A stretch of DNA of 63,843 bases, filler included, from Octopus bimaculoides (taxonomy: Eukaryota), in assembly GCF_001194135.2 (NCBI RefSeq). It is 3 parts of 3 records of this genome, joined end to end, with 100 filler letters (N's around TTAATTAATTAA, not from the genome) between each part and the next. Parts side by side here need not be neighbours in the genome. Positions count along the whole stretch, not along the records: positions 1 to 25,424 come from NC_069000.1; 2 more parts are not named here. One strand, given 5' to 3'. A program made the translations under genes and the position numbers. Of the stretch, positions 12,099 through 24,589 are shown in pieces. The number at the start of each line of letters is the position of its first letter. The first letter of the stretch is position 1. Under the pieces are notes generated by a model that saw only the letters and a program-made list of their open reading frames with translations, did not search any database and was not told the origin of the DNA.

Positions 12099-12789
12099 CA
12101 TTTAAGTACTGCACTTTCGCGTATCACCTGTTTCAACATAACTGTCATATAGATACAAACTGTCATTTTAATCCCGTGCAACGGCGGGCATCTCTGCTAT
12201 TTTATATATATATATATAATTTTATTTAGTGCTTATTTTGATTTTATTCACCCTACTTTGAGGTATGCATATAATATGCACAAACATAATGTATACATAC
12301 ATGTATGAATACATACGTACGTACGTACGTACGTACGTACATACGTATACACATGCACGCAGATACAGTTATATTTGCATGTATATACATACATGTATAT
12401 ATACACACAAATATATACACACAAACATATACACACAAACATATACATACAGACACATACACGCAACCATAATACATACATGCATGCATACATACATACA
12501 TACATACATATATGCGTATACACATGCACGCAAATACAGTTATACTTCTGCACTATTTTAGAGATCAGCTGCCGTACAGATGTGAACACGTTTTCCAAAA
12601 ACAAAGTGAGGGTGAATCTTTACGGTCACCTACTTTAAAACCAGCCACATTTCTACCCAGATTTTGAATGCATGTTTACAGAACAATCGGTGATTGTTAC
12701 TTAAAGCAGATACATCATGAAAGTCTAAATTAACAGCGGTATTCGTCTCGAGGTAGTATCTCTTACGTAACATACAATGCTAAATGACT

Positions 12790-13335
12790 CAAAAATATAG
12801 CAGTAGTAGATTAAAATCGTCCTGTGGTGGCATTTCTTCTTTGAGCTTCGTCAGTCGTAAGTATCCTCTGATGACAGCAAGCTAAGACGAAATCAGTCAT
12901 TTCTGATAAAGAAAAGCAGTAATGGAAAAATCACTGATGTTGCAATTAGGCAGCCGTTTGAATAAAAATTCGTTGTGTGCAACAGAAGCAGTATTAGTTT
13001 AAAAGAGTGATCCGCGTATCATTCTTAATGTATATACGTTATCGGAAGCCTAATTCACTGTGGTATTTGTCCTGAGATAATATAGTGTTAAAAAGCATAA
13101 AAATATATCAGTAGCAAGTGAAAACTTCTCAGCGGCAGTGTTGGCATTGCTGAATGCACATTTCAACGTCTTCGGGCTTCATCAGTAGCAAGTACTCACT
13201 GGCAACCGCATGATAAGACAAAATCCATTCTTAATGATGTAGCAAAATAACGATTTAAAATCCCTGATGCTGCAAATTAGCTGTTAGGCTGAATAAAAAT
13301 TCGTTGTGTGCAACAGAAGCAGTTTTAGCTTAAAA
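12790..13335 (-). repeat. Diverged tandem dimer, 331 bp period, each unit carrying a hammerhead-like core on the minus strand
   Basis: gcttc(g/a)tcagt at 12845/13176 and gaataaaaattcgttgtgtgcaacagaagcagt at 12960/13291, both 331 bp apart. Confidence 0.8.
13148..13190 (-). ncRNA. Degenerate minimal type-I hammerhead-like motif
   Basis: Minus strand UGCUA-CUGAUGA-AGC(CCGAAGAC)GUU-GAAAU(GUGC)AUU-CAGCA. Confidence 0.45.
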
Positions 13336-14650
13336 TATCAACCAGCATATCATGCTTAAAGAAAATTTTCATGATATAACTGCTTTTGTATCTGCATACA
13401 AAACTTCTTATGACATATCTACTTTAAGTATGATTGTGAGATTGCTATTTGAAACTACTACTAATTTAAACTGCTACTGTTTTAAACTACTGGTACTAAT
13501 AATTACTGATGATCTCGGCCATGTCAGCCAATGGCTAAGTGATGAAAATTATGAAGAACTCCAGATTTCAGATAAAGAAAGCAACCAGTTAATATGCACG
13601 TAGCCAACACATTCTTGAAGCAGGCTTGTAAAATTATTTAAGACTTTTATAAATTTCAACAAGTACCATTTATCATTTTATGTTATCTATGTGTCAGTGA
13701 TGGAAGTCTGTTTCTTTGTAAGAAACCTGATTCTTTATGGTAGGAAGAATTAAAATATTTGACAAAGAAAGATAGCATATATATGTACGCTACTCAATCC
13801 CCTCTCTCTCCTTCTCTCCCTTTCTCTCTCTCTCTCTCTCTCTCGCTCGCATTTGGGCTTTTGAGCGACGTATGAGCATCCCATACACACGTGCTTAAAC
13901 ATATACATCTATACAAAGCACTCACACACACATATACCATATATAGTCACACCTATATGAAACATATGAAGGATTATTACACACACATACATATTGTGAT
14001 TGAAACGCAGCGTTAAATATATCGCTACCCTGTTCTTGTGAAATACAGATATTTAGCATAAGGTTTATGTTAGCCACGTGAATAACTTTCTAACAGAAAA
14101 TATACGGAAGACTTTCATTTGTTAGACATTTTTTTAATATGAGTAGTCCCATGAGATTTCACTTTATACTCTCATGTATGTGGTACAATTATTTTATACG
14201 ATTTTGTTTCAAACAAGGCTCGAGGCCCCTGTTGCAAAGGAACTGCAAAGAAGGAAAAAAAAGGTGGCCTATGAATTCCAAAGATGCTGATCAACAGAAA
14301 TCTTCAAGATCAAATGAGTGTAACTGTCTTTATGTTATCATAACTATATCTCTTAGATTTGAAGTGTATGTCAACTGAAAATATTGCTTCTAAAAGACGT
14401 GACACTGATAACATGCCTCTTGCATCACACAATCGAGAATATTGAGAAAAATTTCCTTCGAGATCAGCAATTGTTGAAATGTCCGACGAATGAACGTTTG
14501 TGTTGGATCTCCGTCAGCGATTCATTCATTAATATATGAAACTTAAGTAATATTCTGTATTTCACAAGTACACTATAAAGATATATTTAACGTGGTCATC
14601 GGTACGAATATATAAATACGAAGTCTTTGTACTCCATGTATATACATATG

Positions 14651-14735
<85 letters not shown>

Positions 14736-15202
14736 TGTGCGTGCACATACACACATATGTTGTGTATATACAGTTTTTGCGTTCTTCTCAAGAATACCAG
14801 CATCTGTATACTCTTCACAGATATCTTCGTAAGTTTAGCGATATATTACCAACAGCAGATTAACCTGCATATTCATGTGAACCGGTGCTAACCTAGCATT
14901 ACATGGTCCTCAGCTGTTCTACTAAAATATGTCCACCTCTTCCTCATCATTCAAATATTACGCACGGAAAACACGAGAAAAGGCGAAGTACCTTACACCG
15001 AGCCTTCTCTGATCCTAAGAGCACGAACACAGCTACGGAACACTAAGATACCTAAACCGAGAACCAAACCCTGCCTCGCAACAGTATTACAGGAGATCGT
15101 GTCTACAAAGCCATTCTCTTATACTGAGCAGCGAGCATTATCTTTCGTAAGTGTGACGCTGATGTAATGAAGTTTAGGACTTCGAATAATGCGTTCGCTC
15201 TC

Positions 15203-15600
15203 TCTGATAAGACCAGTAACCTCTATGAAGTAGAGGAGAATAAATATAGACAACCTCTCCTTTATAAAACAACTAATAATCACAGAAATACTTATGTATA
15301 AGCTTATAGCAACATATATGAGGAGGACAAGCACATAACTGAGTAGATTAACTTAGATAAGAGGTTAGAATATGTGGCTTATCTCACTTGAATGGATCAC
15401 AAATAACCCTAAATGTAGATTAATAAACCCAGCGAAAATAGAAATAAGGTTGATAAGCAATATCTTACGAAATATTAACATTTACATCAGAACTGGAATT
15501 AGGCTTCAAAATGGGAGCAACAATCGCGCTGTTATCAGTTTGGTTCAAAAACATTGGATACAAACCCCAAACTAAATTCACAGAATGCATACGAAATAGC
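15203..15600 (+). mobile_element. Penelope-like element reverse-transcriptase N-terminal relic (frameshifted)
   Basis: DKTSNLYEVEENKYRQ...TNNPKCRLINPAKIEIRLISNILRNIN...WFKNIGYKPQTKF resembles the PLE RT motifs DKTSN and NPKCRLINPAK as I recall them. Confidence 0.7.
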
Positions 15601-16125
15601 TTAAGAAATTAGTAACGCCCGCAAGATCTTACTCTTTGACAAGAGTCTAATAATTAATTAGTACGTTCTAGTCATAATATGTCAGAATATGAGAAAGATT
15701 ACAGGATTAGAAATTTTGAAACTAGAAACTAAATTAGCAACAGAAATGAACAACCATAAAGGTATACCATCCATATTTCATTGAACTGGGTACCCTGAAT
15801 TTATATAGAAAAAAATCTGTTGTGGGTACACAAATCCAGTGTGAATGGAGAAGCAAAAAGGCCAACATATGTGATTCAGAAACAGTCTATTATCAGTGGA
15901 AATAGTGAAAGATATATCCACATTTCCGATAATTTAGGTAACTAACGTCGTCTATTTGGAGTATTTCTAGAGACAAAACACTACAATGCGTCAGAATATT
16001 TCATAAGTAGTTGAGACGGATATACTTAGAGACAAAGTTACCTAATCATAACTGCGCAGTATAGTTATCGTCTCCAAATTTTAATAAATTCGAGAAAAAT
16101 GCTTTTCAAAAAATGACAATATGAC

Positions 16126-16331
16126 AATTTTGGTACAAGACTACCAATTTCTGGAGGGGGGAAAATCGATTACGTCGACCTCAGAACTCAACTGGTACTT
16201 ATTTTATCGACCTCAGAGGATTAATGGCAAAATCAACCTCGACGGATTTTGAATTCAGAACGCCAAGACGGACGAAATGCCGTTAAGCATTTTTCTCGGC
16301 CTGCTAACGGTTCTGTCAGCTCACCGCCTTA
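16126..16331 (-). mobile_element. SINE family A copy
   Basis: Reverse-complement match to the family core. Confidence 0.85.
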
Positions 16332-16678
16332 CAATGTAACAGTATTGTGAAACTTTAGTGTACAGATAGAGCACGAAGTACTAATTAGTAAGCTTGGCAT
16401 CAGTCTCCATGGCTATAAATGACAAGAACACACTAATTGCTAACTTAAAAATACCAAATGATTATAACGTTGTGTACATGCGAGTAGAAAAATTAAACGA
16501 AAAAAAAAATGACACCGTCCTAAATGTTGAACTGAAAGCATAATGGTAGGTGAGAAATGAGTCTATTATTCCGTTTGTTATTTGCACAAATGGAATGGCG
16601 AATTACCAAAGGCTTGGCATTGGCATATTAAGGGAAATGGCAATAATAGGTAGGGACTGTAAACATTCATAATGCATT

Positions 16679-16800
16679 CCAAGGCGGCTAGCTGGTAGAA
16701 TCGTTAGCACGTCGGACAAAATGCTTGTGGGTATTTCGTCCGTCTTCGAGTTCCGAGTTCAAATTACGCCGAGGTCGACTTCGCTTTTCATCCTTTCGGG
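16679..16800 (+). mobile_element. SINE family A 5' half, truncated at the mariner junction
   Basis: aaggcggctagctggtagaatcgttagcacg...gtcgacttcgcttttcatcctttcggg. Confidence 0.85.
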
Positions 16801-17211
16801 GCCACATTAGCGCAACGATCATCTTTGGTTTCAAGACGAAAGGTGTTCATCCATCAGGATAATGTTCAGTTACATACACCGAGGATGACATTCCAAAAGC
16901 TGGAGCAGTTTGAATGGGAAACGATGCCACACCCACTATATTCGCCGGTCATTGCCCAATCTTATTATCATTTGTTCCGCATTTGGACGGAAAAAATATG
17001 AGTTCTGTAGACGTGGCCAGAACAGCACTGGAGGGGTATTTTTCGTCATGGACAAGTGAATATTGGAAGAGGGGCCTTGCAAATCTACCAGATAGATGAA
17101 AGAGCATTGTAGAAAATGAAAGAGTGTATATTTTAAATTAAAAATGAATTTTGTTTATCTTAATTTTGAAAAATAAAAGATGTATAAAAAATCCGCATCA
17201 TTTATAAGATG

Positions 17212-17217
<6 letters not shown>
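16800..17217 (+). mobile_element. mariner transposase C-terminal relic plus right terminus
   Basis: RRKVFIHQDN...KLEQFEWETMPHPLYSPVIAQSYYHLFR (HPPYSPDLAPSD motif) then YFSSWTSEYWKRGLANLPDR; ends in gaccc-TA. Confidence 0.9.
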
Positions 17218-17296
<79 letters not shown>

Positions 17297-17465
17297 ATTG
17301 ATCATAGAACAAACATCAAATTCGAGTCAACAACTTTATCTATACCACCATTCATCCAAACATTTGATCATATATAAAAATTACCATGGTTCTTAAACAT
17401 ATGAAATATACATATACAAGAAACACAGCCGGTAAAAATATACATGCGAATAAAATACAAATATA

Positions 17466-17735
17466 TACAAACGTTGCAAAGCGTTTAGAGTGGAGTAAAA
17501 ACCTACAGAATTGGTCCCTAGAATTGTGGAAGAATGTCGTTTTCTGGGACGAGTCATCCTTTACCTTGTTTCCGACCACCGGCCGAGTGTATGTGGAGAC
17601 TGCCAAAAGAAACATTTGGCCCAGACTGCTTTCTTCCAATTGTTAAACACGGAGGAAGATTTGTGATGATCTGGGAAATCCGCCGGCCCAATGATTTCCC
17701 TTCGTGACAGAATTAATAGTCAAGACTATTTAAGC
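17466..17735 (+). mobile_element. Tc1-like transposase internal fragment
   Basis: KRLEWSKNLQNWSLELWKNVVFWDESSFTLFPTTGRVYVW...VKHGGRFVMIW (Tc1 SDES and VKHGGG.VM.WG motifs). Confidence 0.85.
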
Positions 17736-17985
17736 ATTGCTATCCTTAAATCCTTTGAGTCTAAAACTTTNNNNNNNNNNTTGTTGTTGTTTTTTTGGTT
17801 TTTTTTTTTCTTAGTGTGGTAGAGTGTCCGGGAATTTCAGAAGAATTGGTTTATGCAAAACACCTGTTGTCAAATAGAAGAAGAGTACAACTATCGCCTG
17901 AGTCAATTCTAAAAATTAACCCATTGGATTACGGAAGAAGGTAGGAATTAGTCGATTTTATTTACCTTTTTGATAGACCGTTCTA

Positions 17986-18195
17986 CAGGGTGTCCACAAA
18001 GTCTGGGTACATGGAGTAACTAAAATCGTAACATAAACAATTAAATATAAGAAATAATAATTTATTAAAGTATCTGTTAATCCCCATGTACCCAGATTGT
18101 AAATAAAATCATAACATAAACAATTAAATATAAGAAATAATAATATTTTAAAGTATGTATTAATCCTCATGTACCCAGACTTTGTGGACACCCTG
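17986..18195. mobile_element. Tc1/mariner MITE with 28 bp TIRs, TA target duplication and an internal ~80 bp duplication
   Basis: TA-cagggtgtccacaaagtctgggtacatg ... catgtacccagactttgtggacaccctg-TA. Confidence 0.92.
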
Positions 18196-19140
18196 TATAT
18201 ATTTGTATTTTATTCGCATGTATATTTTTACCTTCTGTGTTATTTGTATAATTATATTTTATGTTTAAGGACTATGGTAATATTTATATATAATCAAATG
18301 TTTGATTAGGGACCGTGTTATATATAAAATCGTTGTTTGTTCTATGATCAATGTTTCTTTATCTCTGTCTCAATTACATTTGAGCACTTCTTTTTTACAG
18401 TCCTATAAATCCTTTTGCTTCCATAAGAAGAGGCAAAAATTATTTCTTGTCATATATAAATACACACACACACACACACACATATATAAAGAAAACTCAG
18501 AGTCCGCAAGTTTCATGCGTTGGCAATTATGTATGTATATATATATTTATATGCACGGACGTTTGACTGAGTAGTCAAGTTCGTTCAAGTGTGTGTGCCT
18601 CACCATATTGTGTGTAGTGACTCGCCATATTGCATCTTGTATGTTGTTATCTCTAATCTATGCAGTTTTTTTTTTCTCTTGATGACAAGTTTTCGTAACT
18701 GTTAATTATCTCGTAAGCCAAATGTTCCGTTATCTCTTGCATCTCGGATGTCAAATTACACGACATATTGTTGCCTGGTTTTAATGTGAATCAGTCGAGG
18801 CTCTCGCTAAGGTTTGTTTAACGACATTTGGCCTGCAGACTGAATGTTGGTGACACTTGTTGAATGCTAGAAGAATTGTTTTAGCCACTCATGGCAAGAA
18901 AATTGCTCGTTTGGATAAACGTTTGCCCTTTCTATTCTAATAATGTTGCAACTACGATTTTTAGGTTCACAGCATGTGACACATGTCACCATTACTTTTA
19001 TTACTGTATATTTGTTTGATAGAGGAACATATGCAATATGCACTTCGCATGTTTTGCTCTGTAACATTACACATATACAAATACATATACACACACAAAC
19101 ATACATGCACCCATGTGTACATGTGTGTGTATATATATTT

Positions 19141-19348
19141 TTTTACTTGTTTTAATCATTTGACTGCAGCCATGCTGGAGTACCACTTTGAAGGGTTTTT
19201 AGTCGAACAAATCGACCCCAGGACCTATTTTTTAAACAGGACTAGTACTTATTCTATCGGTGTATTTTTTCCGAGCCGCTAGGTTACGGGGACGTAAACA
19301 CACCAACACCGGTTGTCAAGTGGTGATAGGGAGACACAAAGACACACA
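19141..19348 (-). mobile_element. SINE family B copy
   Basis: Full-length reverse-complement match. Confidence 0.85.
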
Positions 19349-19374
19349 CGCCGGGTACTTGGTGTATATATGTA

Positions 19375-19432
<58 letters not shown>

Positions 19433-19435
19433 TCA

Positions 19436-19570
19436 AGTAAGACTTTGCCTTTCATCCTTTCGGGGTCGATAAATTAAGTACCAGTGGAACACTGGCGTCG
19501 ATGTAAAGGACTACTCCTCTCTCCCCACCCAAAGAATGGCTGCCCTTGTGGCAAAATTTGAAACCATTAT
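19436..19570 (+). mobile_element. SINE family A 3' half
   Basis: gactttgcctttcatcctttcggggtcgataaattaagtaccag...ccttgtggcaaaatttgaaacc. Confidence 0.85.
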
Positions 19571-19699
19571 AGTACATATAGTTTAAATAGAAGTTAGTTT
19601 CTTTAATATCAAATCCTAATTTATCTCTCCTGATGAGTAATTTTTCGATCGTATTGTTTTATCGAGAGCAGGTTTACATCACCTGACTTGTCATCGATT

Positions 19700-19850
19700 A
19701 CTTACCAGCTGCCTTTGTGTTTTGTCTTAGTAACGTGAATCGAGTTCCGGGTCAGCCTTCTCGATGTCACTCCGACATATTGATCTTCAGGCTCCACAGT
19801 CAGCATCCGTATTTTTCTTTATATATTGCTCATCCCGTGATAGGTTTTAA
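19700..19850 (-). mobile_element. Degenerate GIY-YIG endonuclease relic (Penelope-like)
   Basis: Across frameshifts reads AIYK..(C).DCGA...QYVGVTSRRLTR, matching IYKxxCxxCxxxYVGxTxRxL. Confidence 0.45.
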
Positions 19851-20099
19851 GAATATCCTTGTTTCTTTCAGTGAATGATGTGTGCTGTAGAGTATGTCAT
19901 TTCTGGATACAAGATTGTTTTTCTGGCAGTAGACGTACGATGACAAATTCCACGTTGATTTCAATATCAATAAAATAATAAAATAATGATCATTTTGTAA
20001 GACTTTTCACTCTTTGATGAAATAAAAATAAGACACTAGATAGGCGATTGATTCTTGTTAGGTGATCCACACATCGTTATGATACGCACACATTCATAT

Positions 20100-20195
20100 A
20101 TATGGACACACATATAGACATACGGACACACATATATACATACGGACACACATATATACATACGGACACACATATACATACGGACACATACAGAG
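20100..20195. repeat. ~20 bp minisatellite (catacggacacacatatata), about 4.5 copies
   Basis: Directly visible. Confidence 0.85.
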
Positions 20196-20249
20196 ACGCA
20201 TGCATACACACACATACAAGCAGGTTAAGCATGCGCACATATATATATG

Positions 20250-20430
20250 GTTGTATAATAAGAAACTTACTTCTCAACCACATAGTTTTGGGTTCGGTCC
20301 CACTGCGCTGCACCTTCATTTCACGTTATTGTAGTTCACTCAGCTGGCAAAAATGAGTAATCCTGCGACGGACTGGCGTCCCATCCAGGTGGGAAATATA
20401 TACGCTGTGGAATCAGGAAACCGGCCTTTA
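20250..20430 (+). mobile_element. Chimeric SINE: family D head joined to family E body
   Basis: caaccacatagttttgggttcggtcccactgcgctgcacctt (D) is followed directly by catttcacgttattgtagttcactcagctggcaaaaatgagt (E). Confidence 0.6.
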
Positions 20431-21381
20431 TGAAAGCAGAACCTATTCTATGATCTCATTAAGAAAGAAGAGGCGGCTTAAATATCACTTGTGTGGAGAG
20501 GAGACTGTTATTTGCAAATTTCAGAACTTGTGGGATAGATAACTTTACATAAGAATGTAAATGGAGATCTATAGAATCGTAGTCTTTCACAAGATTGATT
20601 GCAGCCCATCTTTGCTCTGTCCCTCGCCCCTCCTCCTGTTCAGAGTGAAACACAAGTCGTTTCTAAATGCAAATTTGCCACTCTTCTTCCCGATAAGTTG
20701 ACAACGAATACATCTAAGTTCAAAGGATAATTAAACTTCCTGTCATATCTTGGTAATAAATGTGTGAATGTAAACTGCTCTCTCCCTTGTGAACATCAGC
20801 TGATATACGATCAACACCAGCTGGCTTTATTGTTGCACAGTAAGGAAACGGATATATTTCTTCATAGAAAATTGAGGCTGGTGAATGGCAGAATCGACAG
20901 AAATCCGGACAAACTGTTTTAAACATTTTTCTATTCTACGTCTTGAATTAAAATCCCTAAATTCAATCTTGCATGTTAGAATAAAGTAATATCACCCACA
21001 TTCTAAATACTTGTCGAATATAAATATCATGGTTATTCGACAAAATATAAGCATGAATCGTACGAAATTGTGCTTAGAACTTAAACTAGAAAATATTTCG
21101 TACAGGAAAATAAAAAAATGTTAGAAAATAAAGTATAAATAAATAGATTTTAAAATAAGAGATTATCTCATGCTCACACGACATTTTCACAAGAATCTCC
21201 TGTTTTGGTCTCTAACCTATAACTTAACGTATGAGGTCATCAGAAATAGAACCTTGTTAGGAATGATTAATACTAATCACCAGTATACTTAAGAATTTCA
21301 ATCCTAACTTTTGACCAAAGAAGCTCTGGAATTTATTAAAAGAATCCTGGACGCTATCAAGTTGACATAGATCTTATTAAG

Positions 21382-21825
21382 ACGCCCGGCGAAATGCATA
21401 GCGGTTTTTCGTCTGCAGTAACGTTCTGAGTTCAAATTCTGCCGAGATCGACTTTGCCTTTCATCCTTTCGGAGTCGGTTAAATAAGTACCAGTTACGCA
21501 TTGGGGTCGATGTAATCGACTTAATCCCTTTGTTTGTCCTTGTTTGTCCCTCCATGTTTAGCCCCCTGTGGGCAATAAAGAAATAAAAAATTATTTTCAT
21601 CATCCTTAAAATTATTTTCATCATCTTCTGGCAGAATCGTTAGCACGCCGGCTTAGCGGCATTTCGACCGTCTGTATGTTCTGAGTTCAAATTCCGCCGA
21701 GGTCGACTTTACCTTTCAACCTTTCGGGGTCGATAAAGTCAGTACCAACTGAACATTGGGGTCGATGTAATCGACTATCCCCTACCCCCAAATTGCTGCC
21801 CTTGTGGCAAAATTTGAAGCCATTA
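21382..21825 (+). mobile_element. Two tandem SINE family A copies (21382-21588, 21627-21825) with different tails
   Basis: Core motif occurs twice; tail type 1 then tail type 2. Confidence 0.88.
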
Positions 21826-22552
21826 TTATCCTTCTCCTGCTCCGTATTCCTTACCACGACCACCACCACCACCACCGTTGGTCTTATTAACTACAATATC
21901 GATTTGTAAAATTAGCAAAAGTCGGACCTCATTTATTTAATTTTGTACATATCAGTCATCTAATCCACTCCAGTATATATTTCGTAGTTGGTCCTTAAAT
22001 AATGGACTCCTCAAGCAACATCAACTGTATAGAATTTTTATCCAACCTCCCTTCTGTCTCTACCACTCGAACGACCAACTCTACCTTTTGAGTTCCTAAT
22101 AATAATAATGCACGACAGCGGAATAAATGTTTATATTATGTTTAGATTAATGAGATAACATGACAAAGAGTTAGAACAAAGGTTTTTAAGTGGAGAAAGA
22201 TAACAGCAGAAAACCTCTCCTATCAAGGGAAATATGTGTCCCGTAGTTTCCTTATCTTGTTTAAACATAGAAAGTAATCAAGGCTCTAAAATAAGGATCT
22301 TATTATGGCTAAGAATAGGGTTTGTAAAGAGATAAATGTTATGTATATCCTTTTTTATCGTATCATTTCACAACTAATTTATATAGTCATTTTGTTTTTG
22401 GCTGTTTGTACTGTGTTTAAAAGAGGAGTGAGTAAGGCTAAGCTAAACAACCGGCAAGACGAATCAGCGATAAGGGATCAATTCTAGGTTGAGCATTTAC
22501 ATGAACATTCTTTCTGGTAATTGCAATTTATAACCGTCGTAATTATTTCAGT

Positions 22553-22745
22553 TTTTGGCACAAAGCCAGCAGTTTTGAGGGTAGGAGTTAAAAGATTAGA
22601 TTGTGTGTGTCACCCTCCCCTCACCACTACTTGATTAGTATATTATTTCATCAACCCCGAAAGAATGAAGGCAGAGTTGACCATGGCGGAATTTGAACTT
22701 AGAACGTAAGGAATCGCACATTTCGTCCATCGCGCTAACGACATC
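22553..22745 (-). mobile_element. SINE family A copy (diverged)
   Basis: caaccccgaaagaatgaaggcagagttgaccatggcggaatttgaacttagaacg. Confidence 0.8.
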
Positions 22746-23466
22746 GCTATGACGACTGCTGTAAATAGTTTGTAATTAGCAGAATCTTAATAGTTGACTG
22801 ATTACAAGGCACCCCTGATTAAGTTATGGTAAAGACATTCCAACCATGGCCATCTTGTCGCTTATTGAAACCTAGTATGTGTAGGACTATATTATCTAAT
22901 GTGTCCGTCCCCCTTTGAGACGGAATTGTGTGACTCGAAAAGTGTGTGTGTGTAAGAGAGAGAGGAAGCGAGACGGTAGCGGTTCTGCAGTGAACCCAAA
23001 AAGCCTCATTATTCAATCACTTCGCCAACGGAGAGGGCAATGTCTATGACCCCTTTCTGGGTCTCCGAATACAATGGAAAGGAGGGACAGAAGGACAAGA
23101 TATCCTCAAACTAAAAACTGAGTGAAGATTCTCGCCGTACGTAAACTTATTCTCTGACGTAGCTAGAGTGTGTGGTACCTGGGACAGACCTTTGATTTTG
23201 TCCTCTTCCCCACGGACACCAAGACCTGTTCCATACATGCGTTGCCTGGAGCAGTCAGATCGTCCCCACCCCTTCTCCCAACTAGCTACGTCACAGAGCA
23301 TACACATCTTAAATCTTTTGAGGATGCACATTTTTTTCTTCTTTAGCTTTTCGTTCAGGTATGCATTATCCAGAATTAAATATTTCTTGAGGTATTCGCT
23401 TCCGGCATGGAAGATTACGCTTGATATATATATATATATATATAGACAGACAGACAGACATGTTCC

Positions 23467-23652
23467 TTTACTCTTTTACTTATTCATTTGACTGCGCTCA
23501 TACTGGAGCACAGCTTCTAGTCGAACAAATCGACCCAAGGACTTATTCTTTGTAAGTCTAGTACTTATTCTATCGGTCACTTTTGCAGGACCGCTAATTG
23601 ACGGGGACGTAAACACATCAACATTGGTTGTCAAGTGATCGTAAGGGACAAG
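23467..23652 (-). mobile_element. SINE family B copy
   Basis: Reverse-complement match. Confidence 0.85.
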
Positions 23653-23710
23653 CACACACACACACAAAGAAATATATATATATATATATATGCGCGCACA
23701 CACACAAACA

Positions 23711-23822
23711 CGATGGGCTTCTTTCAGTTTCCGTCAACCAAATCCACTGTCAAGGCTTTGGTTGGCCTGATGCTATAGAAGACACTTGGTCAAGGAGCTT
23801 CTTACCACAGTCACTCCTGCGC
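23711..23822 (-). mobile_element. SINE family D copy with internal deletion
   Basis: gatgggcttctttcagtttccgtc...aaggctttggttggcc...gaagacacttgg...ttcttaccacagtcactcctg. Confidence 0.75.
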
Positions 23823-24589
23823 ATTTACATATATACATACATATAGATAGATGGATGGATAGATAGATAGGTACCTTAACAGTATATATAAAAACATAAA
23901 CTGTATCCATTCCATGTCATTCGAAACCATGATGCCTATAGACAACCACCTCCAACCAAATAATGGCATGCTGTATAACCAAACCAAGCGAAACGGAGTT
24001 TATTGAATGAATTACCTTTCGAAGTGTTACCTGACGAGAGACATCTGCACCGAAGGAGGTATCATACCCAATTGCGTAGTATCTCATCCGCGAGGGATCA
24101 TGGATCGAAACGATCGTAGTGTTTGATAAAGAGTCTTGTGAATTCCAGACATACATTTGCGTACACGAATACATGCACGCGCACACATAAGGATACATGG
24201 ATGTATATAAATATTTATGCATGGATGGATGGGTGGGTGGATGTAGGCCCGTATGCAGTCAATTAGATAGGCAGACATTTTTGATGAGTCGTAAGGTAGG
24301 GATTCAAGTCTATATGTGTGTGTCACCGTAGTTTTAGGGGCTAATAGTTTAGAATTATATGGAGAAACCCGTTTAGTCTTTAATAGACATACACATGCGA
24401 AGTGCATTCATGCATGCACGCACACTCACACACATATATGCACGAACACACACACACACACACGCATACAGTAAGTTCAGGTGTGGCACATTGAAGTATC
24501 AAGCAGTAACATGCATTGCTCATCAAAAGTTCAGTTCACCGATGTTGTTGATATACATAGGTAGGTAGGTATATATATATAGAGAGAGG

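Noticed and set aside
12868-12905. Plus-strand CUGAUGA...CGAAAUCAGUC
   Set aside because: Stems I and II do not pair, and the motif is not kept in the second tandem unit.
19625-19670. CUCUC-CUGAUGAG...CGAUCGUA...GAGAG next to the GIY-YIG relic
   Set aside because: GAAA is missing, stem I partners are offset by 10 nt, and it is antisense to the relic ORF.
24080-24125. GAUC-AUG-GAUC-GAAACGAUCGUA (stem II/III-like)
   Set aside because: The upstream core reads CCGCGA rather than CUGANGA; it is too degenerate to call.
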